A DNA stretch of 64,000 bases from NCBI RefSeq assembly GCF_018977255.1, contig NW_024704743.1:31250001-31314000 (forward strand), written 5' to 3'. Shown one piece after another: positions 1-12,811 of the stretch. How positions within the stretch are numbered: position 1 is the stretch's first letter; the number at the start of each line of letters is the position of its first letter. The position numbers and the translations under genes are program-made. Origin of the DNA: Callorhinchus milii. Taxonomy: Eukaryota. Below the pieces are notes generated by a model. That model had not been told where the DNA came from and searched no databases. It saw only the letters and a list, made by a program, of their open reading frames with translations.

Positions 1-199
1 CAAAACAATAATAAAATTGGTCATTTTCAATCTACGACTGTTTGTGGGACATTGCTGTGCGCAATTGGCTGCCGCGTTCGCCCACAAATATACAGTCAAT
101 TCACTTTACAGTGTGCTCTGTGAAGCACTTTGGGACGTCCTCCCGACGTGAAAAGCGCTATATCAAATGCAAGGATTATTATTATTATTACTATTATTA
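1..199 (+). mobile_element. tRNA-derived SINE, young subfamily, 3' half (cut by window edge)
   Basis: Near-identical to 52821-53011; ends gggacgtcctcccgacgtgaaaagcgctatatcaaatgcaaggat(tat)n. Confidence 0.92.
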
Positions 200-802
200 A
201 TCCGTGGTTGCAAAACAGAAAAAGACCCTGAAGGTAGAATAGTGGGCACAATGCTAGGTGGGGAACTTCACTTGAAAAAGATCAAGCAGATTGCAATTAT
301 TTTTTTGTTCTCTTTCGCATACCTTGCATTATTATCCTCAAAGTATTACTTTTGAAGGTGTTGGTGGGACAGCAGAAATAGCTAGATTGGGTGGGAATAA
401 ATTCTGCAATAGTGACGATGTGTATTCACAAGGGTTTTTTTTTATCATTCACACAGGTCATCAAACTTCAGTAAATTAACTCCCAATACTGCACTCTTGG
501 TCAGATCTGTGCAGCGACTGGTGCAACCCCTTTATAACACCTTCAGTAAAGCACTGCCTCACTTATAAGACATGTGGGTAATGGTTCCAGATCTTTTGAG
601 GTATCAAGCAAACTGAACCTGAGCATAGAAAGCCAATTGGCTAGATATGGTCTACTTCCAGGTCATCGGACCACAACCAACAATACCTCCCAAGGAAGCC
701 CTTGCCAGGAAGCTTCCAGTCCTACAAAAAGGCCACTTTCTGAGTCATAGGTTGCTGACGGCATCACTTCCTTCACACTGTGTACATTTAGGTTCTTGTA
801 TT

Positions 803-1385
803 CAACAACAACAATATAGCGCCTTCACATGGGGTAGCGCCCCGGAGCACTTGACTGTGGCGGAGTCTGACCCCGAGCCACGTGAGAAGGAGGGGAAGGT
901 GACCGTAAGTACGATCAAAAAGGAAGGTCTTTTGGTGGGATTTGAAAGTGGGGACAGAGGGGGCAAGGTGGAGGGATTGAGGGAGAGAGGTCCAGAGTTT
1001 TGGGATATAGTACCTGAAGGCACAGCCACCGATGGTGGAGCGGAGGGGACGAGGGATGAACAGGAGGCTGGAGCCAGCCAAGCAGAGGCAGCGGGTCGGG
1101 GAATGGAGGTAGCAAATTGGACAGGTAGGGAGGTGCAAGGGGCAAGGGCATGAAGGGACTTGAAAACGAGTGAGAGAATCTTGAAATTAATTTGTTCAGT
1201 AATTGGGAGCCAGTAGAGCCTGGCAAGGGCTGGTGTGATTGGCGTCCGGAGTTTTGTGGGGGTGAGAATCTGGGCGACAGAGAAGTAGATTTGGGTGTCA
1301 TCCGCATACATGTGGAAGTTGACCTCATGTCTGCGGGAGGAGAAACCGTTTGCCGAGATGTATTGCTGGTGGTTAGTCAAGTAGG
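803..1385 (-). mobile_element. L2-clade LINE fragment (tail type B), internally deleted
   Basis: ORF 802..1380 has [18 protein letters not shown] joined directly to RTPITPALARLYWLPI...FKILSLVFKSLH; (ttg)n tail at ~803-813. Confidence 0.9.
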
Positions 1386-2612
1386 ACCCGAGTCAAGCAG
1401 GGCACTGTGTATACACGGTGTGCAGGAAGACGTCAGCAGCAAACTGATAACCCAGACTTTGGCCATTTTTATAAATGCACAGGAAGTTGGTCGGTTGCAT
1501 GCTGAAACCAACATCGGATACATAGGGCACCTGGCTTATAAGCAAAGCAGCACCGTAACAACCACATCTCTTGGTTGTATTGTTGAAATGACAACTCACA
1601 AATGGACTGTTTTTTTGTTTGTATTTCAGAAGTCTTTTGTCAAACCATCCATATTTTGAGTAGCTCCCTTTGACCTGACTTACATTTTTGATCCGCTTCA
1701 AAAAGAAAATAATTTAAGTGAAATACCAATGACCATTGTGCAGCTTATCACTAAACTTGAAAAAAAGTGTGTAGACTAATTATCCTCCAGATGTAGCTGG
1801 GACAAAGGGGAGAGTCAGGGAGGCAAGTTATGAGGTCCTGGGGCAAAACAGTATGATGAGACTTAATTTTATCACAGTGAGGATGCAAAGGGAACGTAGA
1901 GTGTGTTTTCAGTGGGGGATATTAAAACAAAAAGTACTCATACAGGATATTGTTTTCCTTTAAAACTCCATCAGTGGACCAGGTAGCTTCCTTCATATTC
2001 CTCATAAAATTTCACTCACAGAAAATATATTTACTCAAGCAAGTAAAAAGAAAAGCATATTGGCTCTTTCGCCACTCATGTAGTAATTATCCACTTAAAA
2101 CTTTTATAGCATCTTTGAGCAGTGCTCTGGAGCAGGAGAAAATAAGAATCTGCATATTGGACATATTTAGCAATTGCAAGCTCTGTTCCACACTGTGGCT
2201 ATGTAATACATAAAGGGATAGCAAACAAAGAAATAAATGCAAATATCATCTTATACAACTAAAAAAGAGCATACATCAAAAATAATAGAATCAGAAGGTA
2301 CTAGAGTGACAAATTGGATTCTACAGTACATTGATCACACTAGGTTTGTATTTCAGAAGTGTCCTTTGTCAAACCATGCATATTTTGAGCAGTTCCCTTT
2401 GACCCGACTTACAAAAACTGGTGTCAAAACTTATTATTAGTGTTTCAGCTTGCAAAAGTCTTACTGGGAATCAATAAATATGGCAGCATTGAACAATATT
2501 GTTAAAGTGGTGTACAATATTAGATAAGTGGAATATTTTACATGCATGAAAATAAAATTGGATCCTTAAATACAGCTAAATGTTTTATGAGTAAATGTTG
2601 ATAGAAGCTTAC

Positions 2613-2733
2613 CCAGTATTGATGGAAATGATTTCTATCAATGGATTTTTCCTAATCTTCGGCAAATCCAGTGGCGCTCCCCCTAGCCGTTTACCGTTAT
2701 CCTTTTTCTGACCTAGAAGTCTCACAGAGTGAC
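2613..2733 (-). CDS. CDKAL1: CDKAL1 coding exon (121 bp; equivalent to human exon 8), ends just before the radical-SAM CxxxCxxC motif
   Basis: Acceptor tttttcttgtttcctttgaag|GT, donor ACTGG|gtaagc. Translates (G)[39 protein letters not shown](G); phase 1 in, phase 2 out. Confidence 0.97.
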
Positions 2734-2826
2734 CTTCAAAGGAAACAAGAAAAACAAACATTTACACAGTCCTTTATTTACTGCACTGGAACCTAAAATA
2801 TCTGCAATCTGCAAAACCAACCATTG

Positions 2827-3023
2827 ATAATAATAATAATCTTGCATTTGATATAGCGCCTTATCACTTCTTTGAGACATCTCAAAGCGCTTCTGAGGAT
2901 ATACTGCAAAGTGGAGTGACTGTATTTTGTGAGCGAAATGCAGCAGCCAATTGCACACAGCAGTGTTCCACAAACAGTCGTGGATTGAGTGACCAAATTA
3001 TTATTATTTTTTTGAGGGATGAT
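2827..3023 (-). mobile_element. SINE 3' half, older subfamily, ~95 bp upstream of the CDKAL1 121-bp exon acceptor
   Basis: Reverse complement of SINE body and tail (taataatcttgcatttgatatagcgcc...cagccaattgcacacagcagtg). Confidence 0.88.
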
Positions 3024-3410
3024 GCAACCCACATTTTTACCCATGATTCCTGCCCCTTGTCTCATTTTTACATCTCTCCACTTGTTATTTCTGGTTAAGC
3101 GCACATCATGGAACACGAGCAGACACGTGAGGTTTTCAAATCACTAAACTGTCTTTGTTTCAGGAATTATCACTTTATATTGAATGGATGGATATTGAAC
3201 ACTAAGGTTAGTGAAGAACCATTTAGAAATACTGCCATACAATTAATCTGAGAACTTATCATACTGGGATAGTTGGTTGGTTTATTACCATGACTTTTAT
3301 TTCTGCCGAAGTGCTCAAGTGACCAAAAGTCTCAGATGCTTAACCAAATGGTAGATATACCCAGATTTGTAATAGGGCCTGGGAAATAAATAACTTTGCA
3401 CATCTACATT

Positions 3411-3590
3411 GCGTTTCGCCCACAAAATATACAGTCAATTCACTTTACAACAACAACTTGCACTCATATAGCACCCTCCATACAGAGTAGCGTCTCAGAG
3501 CGCTTGTATATTCTGTGAAGCACTTTGAGACATCTCAAAGTCGTAATAAGGCGCTATATCAAATGCAAGGATTATTATTATTATTATTTA
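3411..3590 (+). mobile_element. SINE 3' part interrupted by an inverted L2 tail (3450-3505)
   Basis: SINE consensus cactttaca|gtatattc is split exactly by acaacaacttgc...gagcgctt. Confidence 0.85.
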
Positions 3591-4639
3591 CGTAATGTGG
3601 ATGCTGTATTTGACTCCAAATTATTTTTCTAAAATACAATAATTCAGAGGTGCACTTCTCCAACTCCACTGAAGAAGAAAAGTATAATAGCAAACATCAG
3701 ATAACGTTAATTCTCTCGCGAATGTACTGCATTTATTTGTTAAACAGAAATTAATCCATTCTCTTTTTAATGGTAAAGAAAGAAACATTTCAAGATAGTA
3801 AAGATACTGGTGCTATATCATTGTAAAATATCATTATAATGCAATTTTGACTTTTTTTCAATTTTGAACTAAGGTATTACTGTTAGGATTTGCTACTAAT
3901 ATTGATGGTCATAAATTAAAGAGCAGTCGAAAACCCAAGATCCACACAACAATGTTTGTTGAAATGCAAGACAGTACAGAGACCTGCTGGAAGAGAAACA
4001 ACTGTTTAATGTGCCTTTGCACCAACAAACGTGACCATTCTGATACTAAGCTGCAGGGTTATAATGAAGTGTGCATACACGATTCGTCACTCAATAGACA
4101 AAATACAAAAACTTGAAACAGCTTTCATTTGGACGCAGAAATGCCACTGTTGCATTTACGAGGTTAACAAGAACTGACTCTACTGCAGCACAAGTAATAG
4201 CTTTTCCTCAAATGTAAAATAATTTCCAAATGACAGACAGTTACTGGTTAAAAAACCACACAAACGAACCTGAGCCCAAGTAATAGCTTAGCCAGCTTCT
4301 GAAATACAGCACTGCAACTGTGAGTTTGTCAGGTTAATGAACATAATGTACTGCAAGAAAAAGTGGGATCTTAGCTCCCTGAAGGCAGAACTACTTATCC
4401 TGATAACTTGGGTATTGTTGCCTCCAGAGGTGTAATGAGGACCCATCTCTGGTCATAGTGCGAACTGCCTCCAGAGGCAACGGACATTTCAGCTGAAGGC
4501 TACTGATACGACCATAATTCCTCTGGGCTAGTTGCACAGGCTTGTACTTTCCATCTTTCAATTTATAAACTTGTTCATAAAACACAAAAGGATAAGATAG
4601 CAACAAAGACCAGCACAAAATAGCACAATAACTAATAAT

Positions 4640-4795
4640 TCAACAACAAAATTACATTTGTATAGCGCCTTTCACGTCGGGGGGACATCCCAAGGTGCTG
4701 GACAGTTTCGGACCCGAGTTGGGGATCGGGATTGGGGAAGATGGAGGGCAGGGGGGGAAGGAGGGTGATCGAAAACACAGTCGAATAGGAGGAAA
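4640..4795 (-). mobile_element. L2 3' end (tail type A)
   Basis: caacaacaaaattacatttgtatagcgcctttcacgtcgg...; matches 17930-18088 in reverse. Confidence 0.85.
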
Positions 4796-5377
4796 ATAGT
4801 CCATTTTCTGGGAGAATAATGAATAATGGTATGGGCACATCTAAGAGAAAAAGCTCTTAATTTGGCATTGAAGACAGTCTACTCTCCGTAACTAGGTCAG
4901 CAAAACCAGAAAATCTGAAAATACTTTGATATTCAAAATAATTTATATAAACTCATCAGAAGGAATCACTACACACAAACTACACAAAAACTAACTATTG
5001 CAGAAAAGGCTCTGCTCCCCACCTTCTCAGACATAGGACTCTTAAGCTTCCATCAAATAATTCAACAGCTCAAAATTGCCAGTGTTCAAGCACCTCATAA
5101 GTAAACCTCTAGCTGTGCATACACAATGGAGTCAATGTTAGCAAGAGAGTAAATATTTTACTATTTCAGCACCAGACTCTACAAAAACAGTCAAACTGAG
5201 AAGATATTATAACACAGCTTGATACAGCTACTATGAAGTGTACAGCAACACATTGGTTCCTGTAGAATAGGTCCTTGTTTAAGTTAATATTTCATTTAAG
5301 CCCTGTATAATTAGAATCTTGGCTTTTATTCTCCTGCAAAAGTAAAAGGTTATTCAGTATTTAATCATATATATTGC

Positions 5378-5798
5378 TGCAGCTTAGTGGTTAGATCACT
5401 TGCCTCACAAGTGAGAGGACCTGCAGCAGGGCGAAACGTTTGGCAAGTTTCCTTACTCCACACGCCTGTTTACCCAGCAGTTAGTAGGAACCTGTTTTTT
5501 AATCGATTGGTGGATCGCTTTTCTGGGGGTAATAAGCCATTCAAAAATAAATAATAATAATAATGCATTCACGTAATCATAGAATCATAGAATAATACAG
5601 CAAAGAAGGATGCCATTCGGCCCATCATGCCTGTGCTGGCTCTTTGGAAGAGCTAGCTAATTCACGACTGTTTGTGGGACACTGCTGTGCACAATTGGCT
5701 GCTGCGTTTCGCCCAGAAAATATAGTCAATTCACTTTACAGTATATTCTGTGAAGCGCTTTGAGACATCTAGAATGCAAAGCTTACTATTATTATATT
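5378..5798 (+). mobile_element. Near full-length SINE, older long subfamily, with nested CR1 tail
   Basis: Degenerate tRNA head (gcttagtggttagatcacttgcctcacaag), extra internal segment, body and tail. Confidence 0.85.
5574..5659 (-). mobile_element. CR1 LINE extreme 3' end nested in SINE, 7-bp TSD attcacg
   Basis: aatcatagaatcatagaa is the reverse of the CR1 (ttctatga)n tail, plus gccattcggccc; attcacg at 5567-5573 and 5660-5666. Confidence 0.8.
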
Positions 5799-5814
5799 CA
5801 ACTGAACCAGATAT

Positions 5815-6069
5815 TTTGAATTAGATCCCATGGACCCTCCATCGGCAACCGTACTTTGAGCCCCAAATTTGTAGAACTCACTCCCTCAATCCCTTCACTT
5901 TGCCCCCTCTCTCCCCATTTTCAGGTCGTGCTCGAAGACCTAACTCTTTGACCGTGTCTACAGTCACCTTCCCCCTCCCCCGGCTCAGCATCGGGCTCCG
6001 CCACTGTTAAGTGCTCCAAAACACTGTCCAGCGTGAAGGGCGCTATATAAATACATGTCGTCGTTGTCG
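5815..6069 (+). mobile_element. L2 3' fragment (tail type B)
   Basis: ...ctccgccactgttaagtgctcc...gaagggcgctatataaatacatgtcgtcgttgt. Confidence 0.8.
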
Positions 6070-6344
6070 TACATTTATCAATAGTTCAGTAAGAACCAGG
6101 CTACAAATAGTTAAGTCTCAGTTGATTTTTACCACTTCATTTGTGACCTGCCTGCACATTAAAAAGCCTGACTAAAAGCACACCAATGTTTGAGTTGGTA
6201 ACTGCACCATCCAAAAAACACATGTTCAGTAAATAACATTGGCTTGAAATGCACTCGTATGAAATATTTCATCCAAATTCGTATAGAAGTTAGTATATTA
6301 AAACAGGCAGCAGTTTACAAGGGATAATCTGTTTTATCATTAAG

Positions 6345-6962
6345 AATCCTTCAATTTGAGATAGTGTTGTAACATCAAAACGTTGCAAAAAGCTTTACAG
6401 TCATAACTGTTAAAGACAGTTAAAAACTATTTGTAGGCAAACATAAGTCAATTTGCACGCATCAATATTCAAAAAACTGCCATAAAATTAATTTATTTTG
6501 GAGGATTGCTGGCCAGCACATCGGGAGAAATTCCTTTCTCTTTTCGAATAGTGTCACAGGTCTCTTAAAGTCCACCTAAATCGGTGGCCGGGTTTTCAGC
6601 CTCTCTGCCGCTACACTCTGGCACTCCATCCCACAGTCCCTTTGCCTCGCTTTCTCCCTCGCATCCTTCAAGGTCGGTCTCAAGACCCTCCTCTTCAACC
6701 GTGCCTTTGGTCTCCCTCCCACCTCTCTGCCTTCCCTCACCCCTACACCACCCCTCCCCCATGCTCGGGCCGCTGTTCAGCATGTTGGGACATCTTCCCG
6801 ACGTGAAAGGCACTCTATAAATGTAATTTTGTTTTTGTTGTTGTTGTTGTTAGACGGGACCTCGTGTTAACACCTCACCTGAAAATAGGCACTTCTGACC
6901 ATACAGTGCTCCCTCAGCACCTCACTTAGTGTCTCCCGAGGCTTAAGGTGAACTCACAACCT
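6345..6962 (-). mobile_element. Old Deu-domain SINE, split by an L2 insertion
   Basis: ggccagcacatcgggagaaattcctttctcttttcgaatagtgtc...ccacct | agacgggacctcgtgttaacacctcacctgaaaataggcacttctgacc...gctccctcag; Deu core as in AmnSINE1/SacSINE1 (recognised from memory). Confidence 0.7.
6580..6851 (+). mobile_element. L2 3' fragment (tail type A) inserted in Deu SINE
   Basis: ctctggcactccatcccacagtccc...cccgacgtgaaaggcactctataaatgtaatttt(gtt)n. Confidence 0.88.
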
Positions 6963-7367
6963 TCGACAACACCTTGCATTCATATAGCGACCTTCACACG
7001 GGGTAACATCTTAAGAGTTTAAAATTAAATTAATCTTAGATTAACAAAAGAAATTAGGTATTTTAGTTGAAGATACATTTTCCAAGCAATTCATCATAAA
7101 ACACATCTAGCTATAATTAGCAGCAATAAACTTGTACAAATAAGAAATCCCACCCTATGTATTACATATGATGCAATTGACAAATTACAGTAACTAGGTA
7201 GAACAATAAACCATCAACGTCAAGATGCTGATTCATTTATTAGTCAGAAAAAAGTGGATTTTCAATTTATATCCACACTCAATTTATTGTATACATACAA
7301 TATACACTCACATTTTAAATTTAATGAGATTAGCATCATCTGAAATGAGTAACAAGCAATATAATAT

Positions 7368-7930
7368 GGTTGTCACTTCTCGGCTGGACTACTCTAAAGC
7401 CCTCCTCGTCGGTCTTCCCTCCTCCACTCTTCACAAAATTCAGCTCATTCAAAACTCTGCCACCCGCATTCTCACCCACATCAAACTTCGTACCCCAATT
7501 ACTCCAGTCCTGACCAAACTCCACTGGCTCCTGTCACAGAGTGGATCGACTTTAAGATCCTCACTCTAGTGTTTAAATCCCTCCATTCCTTGGCACCCCC
7601 CATCTCCCTAACCTCTCTCCCCACAGCACCCACCGCCTCCAGTCTACTGGGTCCGGCCTCCTCAGTGTCCCCCGAATCCTCTGCTCCACCATCGGCAGCC
7701 GTGCCTTCAGCCATTATGCTCCGAAACTTTGGATCTCCCTCCCTCAACTCTTTCGCCTCGCCCCCTCCTTCCCCATCTTCAGGAAGCTTCTGAAGACCTT
7801 CCTCTTCGACCACGCCTATGGTCACTTTATCCCTCCCCATGGCTCGGCTTCGGGCTCCGCCATTGTTAAGAGCTCTGAGATGCTGCCCAGGGTGGAGGGT
7901 GCTATATAAATGCAAGTTGTTGTTGTTGTT
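7368..7930 (+). mobile_element. L2 3' fragment (ORF2 C-terminus plus tail B)
   Basis: VTSRLDYSKALLVGLPSSTLHKIQLIQNSATRILT...PITPVLTKLHWL; ends gctatataaatgcaag(ttg)n. Confidence 0.92.
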
Positions 7931-8145
7931 ATCTTTCTCTTTAGATTTGGTCTTAAATTCTAAGAACATTTACTCATTGATGTGCTTCATTACATGCTTC
8001 CGTTCTCAATGTCTTTTGCATCACCCACCATCAATGCTTTCTTCCTCATCCAGGACATGTTTGCCTGAACTGTAGGTTTTACCATACCATTTATTTTGGG
8101 AAGGAGAAGTAGAAGCAAACAGTTCTGCTCGGTGCACCTCTCTAA

Positions 8146-8497
8146 AATAATAATAATAGGCCTTGCATAATCCTTATCACATCTTCGAGACGTTCTCAAA
8201 GCGCTTCACAGAATATACTGTAAAGTGAATTGACTACATTTTATGGGTGAAAAGCCACAGCCAATTGTGCACAGCAGTGTCCCGCAAACAGTCGTGGATT
8301 GAATGACCAAATTAGTATTTTTTTTGTTGAAGGGATTATTACTCCTGGAAAAGCAATCTGCCAATCGACTAACAACTGGGTTCTTACTTACTGCTAGGTA
8401 AACAGAGGCGTGTGGAGTAAGGAAACTTGCCCAACATTTCACCACCCTGCCCGGGAATCGAACCCACATCCTCTGGCTTGCGAGAAAGCGACTCCAC
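8146..8497 (-). mobile_element. Full-length SINE, older long subfamily
   Basis: Tail, body, internal segment (aatcgactaacaactgggttcttacttactgctaggtaaacagagg) and B-box (gggaatcgaaccc) in reverse. Confidence 0.9.
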
Positions 8498-9149
8498 ATG
8501 CTACCACAGTAGAATTGTATGTATGAAAGTGACTAAACTTTGGACTGCTTAAGCAGAATTGTTCGTGCGATGCTTATGTAGTTAAAGACTTGAAAATTCC
8601 AACCCCAGGCTGTGGAATTCCAGTGAATCCCACGAAAGTGCACAATGCCAGATTAGATTTGCAGACATCACTAGATCTGAGCCTGCAGTCACACATTAAA
8701 CTGTTTTTCTCTTCAAAATCCATGCAGTGTCAGATCAGATTCATTCTTTAAGGACCACCTGATTAGAATAGACAATCTTACATTTTGGTTTGGGATCATA
8801 TTAAAGGCCATCCCAAATAATACTCAAATATACTGAATCCTACAACAAGATAATCCAATTTGCCTATATACATTTCTTTCAAGTTACATGAAAACAAATG
8901 AAACATGATACAACTTTTTATAGTACTTTATCACATTAGAGTATCTCACTGTTTCACAGATAATTATTCTCAAGCAGTGTGACTCTCTTCAGGCCTGAAT
9001 GATGAATTAATCTGGAGGATTGTTGTAGGACACCAAAAGAAACTTCCTTCTCTTTTCAAATTCCATCTGACCAGGTAAAATATCTTAAGTGAGAAGAAAA
9101 CTCTAATTTTTATATGAGGACATTATCTACAGGAGTCTCCGTTGTGAAG

Positions 9150-9435
9150 CGTTAGTTTGGTTAAAAGATGAGCCCACTCAGGCAAAAGATATTCATGCTA
9201 CAATTGAACTTAGCATCCCAGGTTAGGGAAGGAAAATGGAACTGCCAAAAGGCCCACGACTGAGAACAGGTTATCACTTGGCTGTGGTATCCTCCATCAT
9301 TGAACCTTTTACAACATTCTCCTTACATTTACATGTTTGGAAGTGAAGTCGGGTTACAGAAAATAAAGGCCTCTGTGAAATTGCAACCCGAGCAAAAGAG
9401 AGTCAGCACCTTCAGGAGAGAAGATGTGAAGAAAT
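9150..9435 (+). repeat. Ancient dispersed repeat (unnamed; related copies ~9630-9805, ~33080-33210, ~59885-60235)
   Basis: Shared motifs ctacaattg...ggttagggaagg and ctgtgaaattg...gagtcagcaccttcaggagag; highly diverged. Confidence 0.45.
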
Positions 9436-12153
9436 CACCAAATAAATGAATGATTTGTAAACCAGTACTTAATTATCTCAGCCAGGACTAAAAGCTTCTT
9501 AGCTAATGAGAAGGGGAAGTGGTTACTCCTGATATAACAACTTGCATTCAAATCATGCCCTCCACAAAGGGTAGCGTCTCAGAGCGCTTAACAGTGGCGA
9601 AGATTGACACCGAGTACAGTGGAAGAGCTGATAGCTATTAAATGACTCCTGCTGGAAAAGTGCACACAACATGTTGATGTCACACAAGAAAAGGATCAGC
9701 TGTATCTAGTGTTACCCATGAGGAATGGCCATTCAGGTGAGGTATTATTAGTGTGCCACCGCCTGTGAAATGGTACCAACGCACAAACCATCAGTTTCAG
9801 AATTGGGGATCGTGGGCTTTCCTAAGCCCTAAACTTGAACATAAATACCAACTCTTATACATACCCTCTGCAGTTAATGTGATCAATTGGTTTCTCTAGT
9901 CCACTGTGATCAATTGGTTTCTCCACTCACCAAAATGACAGAATTTGTGGGGGGTTTTCTTTGAGCTGACAGTAATTAGCTCATAGGCTCCCGTTAAATC
10001 TTTAATCTTTTAAACTATTAAGTCCTGAAAAGACTCAAGCTTTTGAAAATCACAACCTTCAATAAAGTTGGCAGTCTCCACCTTTTGTTTGCAGCATCTC
10101 CAAGCGAGCGGAAAATCATACGTGGGCTTCATGTAAATAAGGATTTATTATATTACTTTGCGCACATGAAGAGACATTTTGAATAGCATATGCATATTCT
10201 CATCTTGACAATAACAACCACAGTACCAGAAAACAGTCTGCCCTGAAGATTAGTTTAAAGCATAATTACATTTTCATAGAAAATATCGCTATTGTATTTG
10301 ATATCAGCAGACAGTATATTCCAAAACCTTTCAAACTACAAGAAGGGATAATAAAGAAGCCATGTTAAAAAAATTGGGGGGGGGGGGCACATAAAATTGT
10401 GATGGCCATTTGCGGTACTATTAGTTTCCTATTTCTCTGAAATGTTTTCCCTTCCCAACACATTTAATTTCTCGTGCCTTCTTGTAACTCTCAATGCCAC
10501 ACACCATTCCAAGTTAAACTAAGCCAGCAGTTTGTGACCTCGTTCCAGGCGATGAACATATGATTCCTTTGAAATGGCTGCTAGAAAAGATGTGAAAGCA
10601 CCATATGCTCATTCCAGATTATCTGCTGCTTTTCTCTCGTGAAGACCCTCGCATCTGATTGATGACTTCCCAGATGGCCTGGCAGAGAATATAAATTCAG
10701 CATGTGGGAAATCAGGAGACTGATCCTGCAGCTTGTGGCGGAGCCAGTCAGTAAACTTCCCAACAATGTTTCCAGTCTTCTCATTAGAAATTGCCACATA
10801 CTTGAAGCCACTACATACAAAACTGGTTTAGATTCTGGGCTGTTCGAGGAACATGCAACTAAAGCCTTCTTCCCAGTTATCCGTATTTGAAGACAGGGGA
10901 TGGGCTAACAGCATCTTCAGTGATTTTTATCAGCTTCTTTGCAAAATTATTCAGATAGGATTAATAAATAAATGTTATGTCAAGCCTTCTTGAAATTATA
11001 TCTGGAATTGGAGATTCATAGAATACCTTTATAGAAGCTGACTAATTAAAAAGGCTACACCTTTCAAAAAGCAATAATATCCATCTGTCTAGGCTCAATC
11101 CATTTTTACAAAAGTATATCCTTGTCAGACATGCTTCATTTTTATCCATTATCTTAGTTGACCATTTGTTTTAATTATAAATGCCCTGAATTATAAAGAG
11201 CACGTGACAAAACCGGCCTTCAAGAACACATCAAGACAGGAAAAATAATATCTAAAGCACAAAGCTTAGTCTGTAATAAAATCTCCACCTAGGTTTATCT
11301 AATTTTGTTTAGGTCTCTGTGTCATTCATTTTCATTTTGAACTAAGTCATCATAATCCAATGAGCAACTTGACATTATCTTTATTACATTAATTAAAGTG
11401 AGCTGTCAGTCACATAAACCACATTTTGCATTAGTTTAGTTTTGCAAAGTGACAAGAGAATAGAACAAATAATTTTGTTATATTTTTCCATTTCTCTTTT
11501 TGGGGGTTCATTCACAGTTATAATTGAGCCCAATGAGGTGCAACAGTGATAAATTCCTTAAAGGAAATATACCAGTTCTGCTCAGTAATGTCAGGAGCCA
11601 CAAACCCAAATAGAGTCTTGTTCAAGGGCAACTTTCAGGAATGCCCCAATACACAATGAAGTAATGTGACTGACATCTATAATCCCTCCACATATAAGCT
11701 AATTTCAATCATCCCACCATGGACAAACCCAACAAACCTTCACAAGAAAGGTTTTAAAAAATGATCTATGATTTCTCAAATGCTCAATACATGCTGGGGT
11801 CAATCCCTATGGACACCTTGTTAGAGAACAGGAAAAGCAATAGGACTGAAGCACAATCAGTACCACCCAACAGCATCCCGAGGAACATAGAGCAGCAACT
11901 CTGTTGAGAGCGAGAGATAAAAGATAGCTGACTGTTTTATGAGCATCACTGCAGTGCGTAATGTGTGCGCCGATTACTATTTTGGATGTCAGTTTGGCAG
12001 AACTTGATTTGGTTTTGTAATCCAAGCTGGGAGCATTCAGCTACTATCATAGATAAACAAACTTAACCTTAAGTTGCATATAATATTTAAGATAAATTTA
12101 GCACAAAACCTTTCAGATTTTAACGAACACAGTGATTGCCCTTGACAAGATAC

Positions 12154-12509
12154 AATAATAATAATCCCGGCATTTGATATAGCACCTTATCACATCGTTG
12201 AGACGTCTCAAAGTGCTTCACAGAATACATGATAAAAGTGAATTCAATGTGTATTTTGTGAGCGAAACGTGGCAGCCAATTGCACACAGCAGTGTCCCAC
12301 AACAGTCATGGATAGATTTTTTTTAAGGGGTTATTACGCCAGAAAGTGATCTGCCAATCGACTAACAACCGCATTCCTACTTACTGCTAGGTAAACAGAG
12401 GCGTGAGGAGGAAGGAAGTTTGCCTAAGGTTTCGCCCTGCCCGGGAATTGAACCCGGGTTCTCTTGCTTGTGAACCGAGTGCGCTAACCATTATGCTACG
12501 GGATTCCAC
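12154..12509 (-). mobile_element. Full-length SINE, older long subfamily
   Basis: Sense head gtggaatcccgtagcataatggttagcgcactcg...gggttcaattcccgggc; complete body and tail. Confidence 0.92.
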
Positions 12510-12811
12510 AAAATGCAAAGTAGGTCAATCTAAAGAAAATTATATACATCAACAACAACAAATTGCATTTATATAGCGCTTTCACGCAGGAACAACGTCC
12601 CAAGGTGCTGAAATTCCATTGAGTGAGTTCAAACAACTAGTCTAGTCATGTAAATCTATGTGACTGCCTTAAACATATTTACTCCAATTGCCATTCTTCA
12701 CAATATGAGCTTTCAGATTTAACATTTTGACAAAAAAAGTGAGAAAGTAGCCTTCCTTCCACTAAGTAACACAGCAATGCAAGTGCATATGTTGCTAGGG
12801 CACTGCTGACT

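Noticed and set aside
4391..4618. 75-aa minus-strand ORF
   Set aside because: No family resemblance and no convincing splice signals.
10581..10890. Overlapping short ORFs that look protein-like
   Set aside because: Stops in all frames nearby and no motif; at most a decayed TE.
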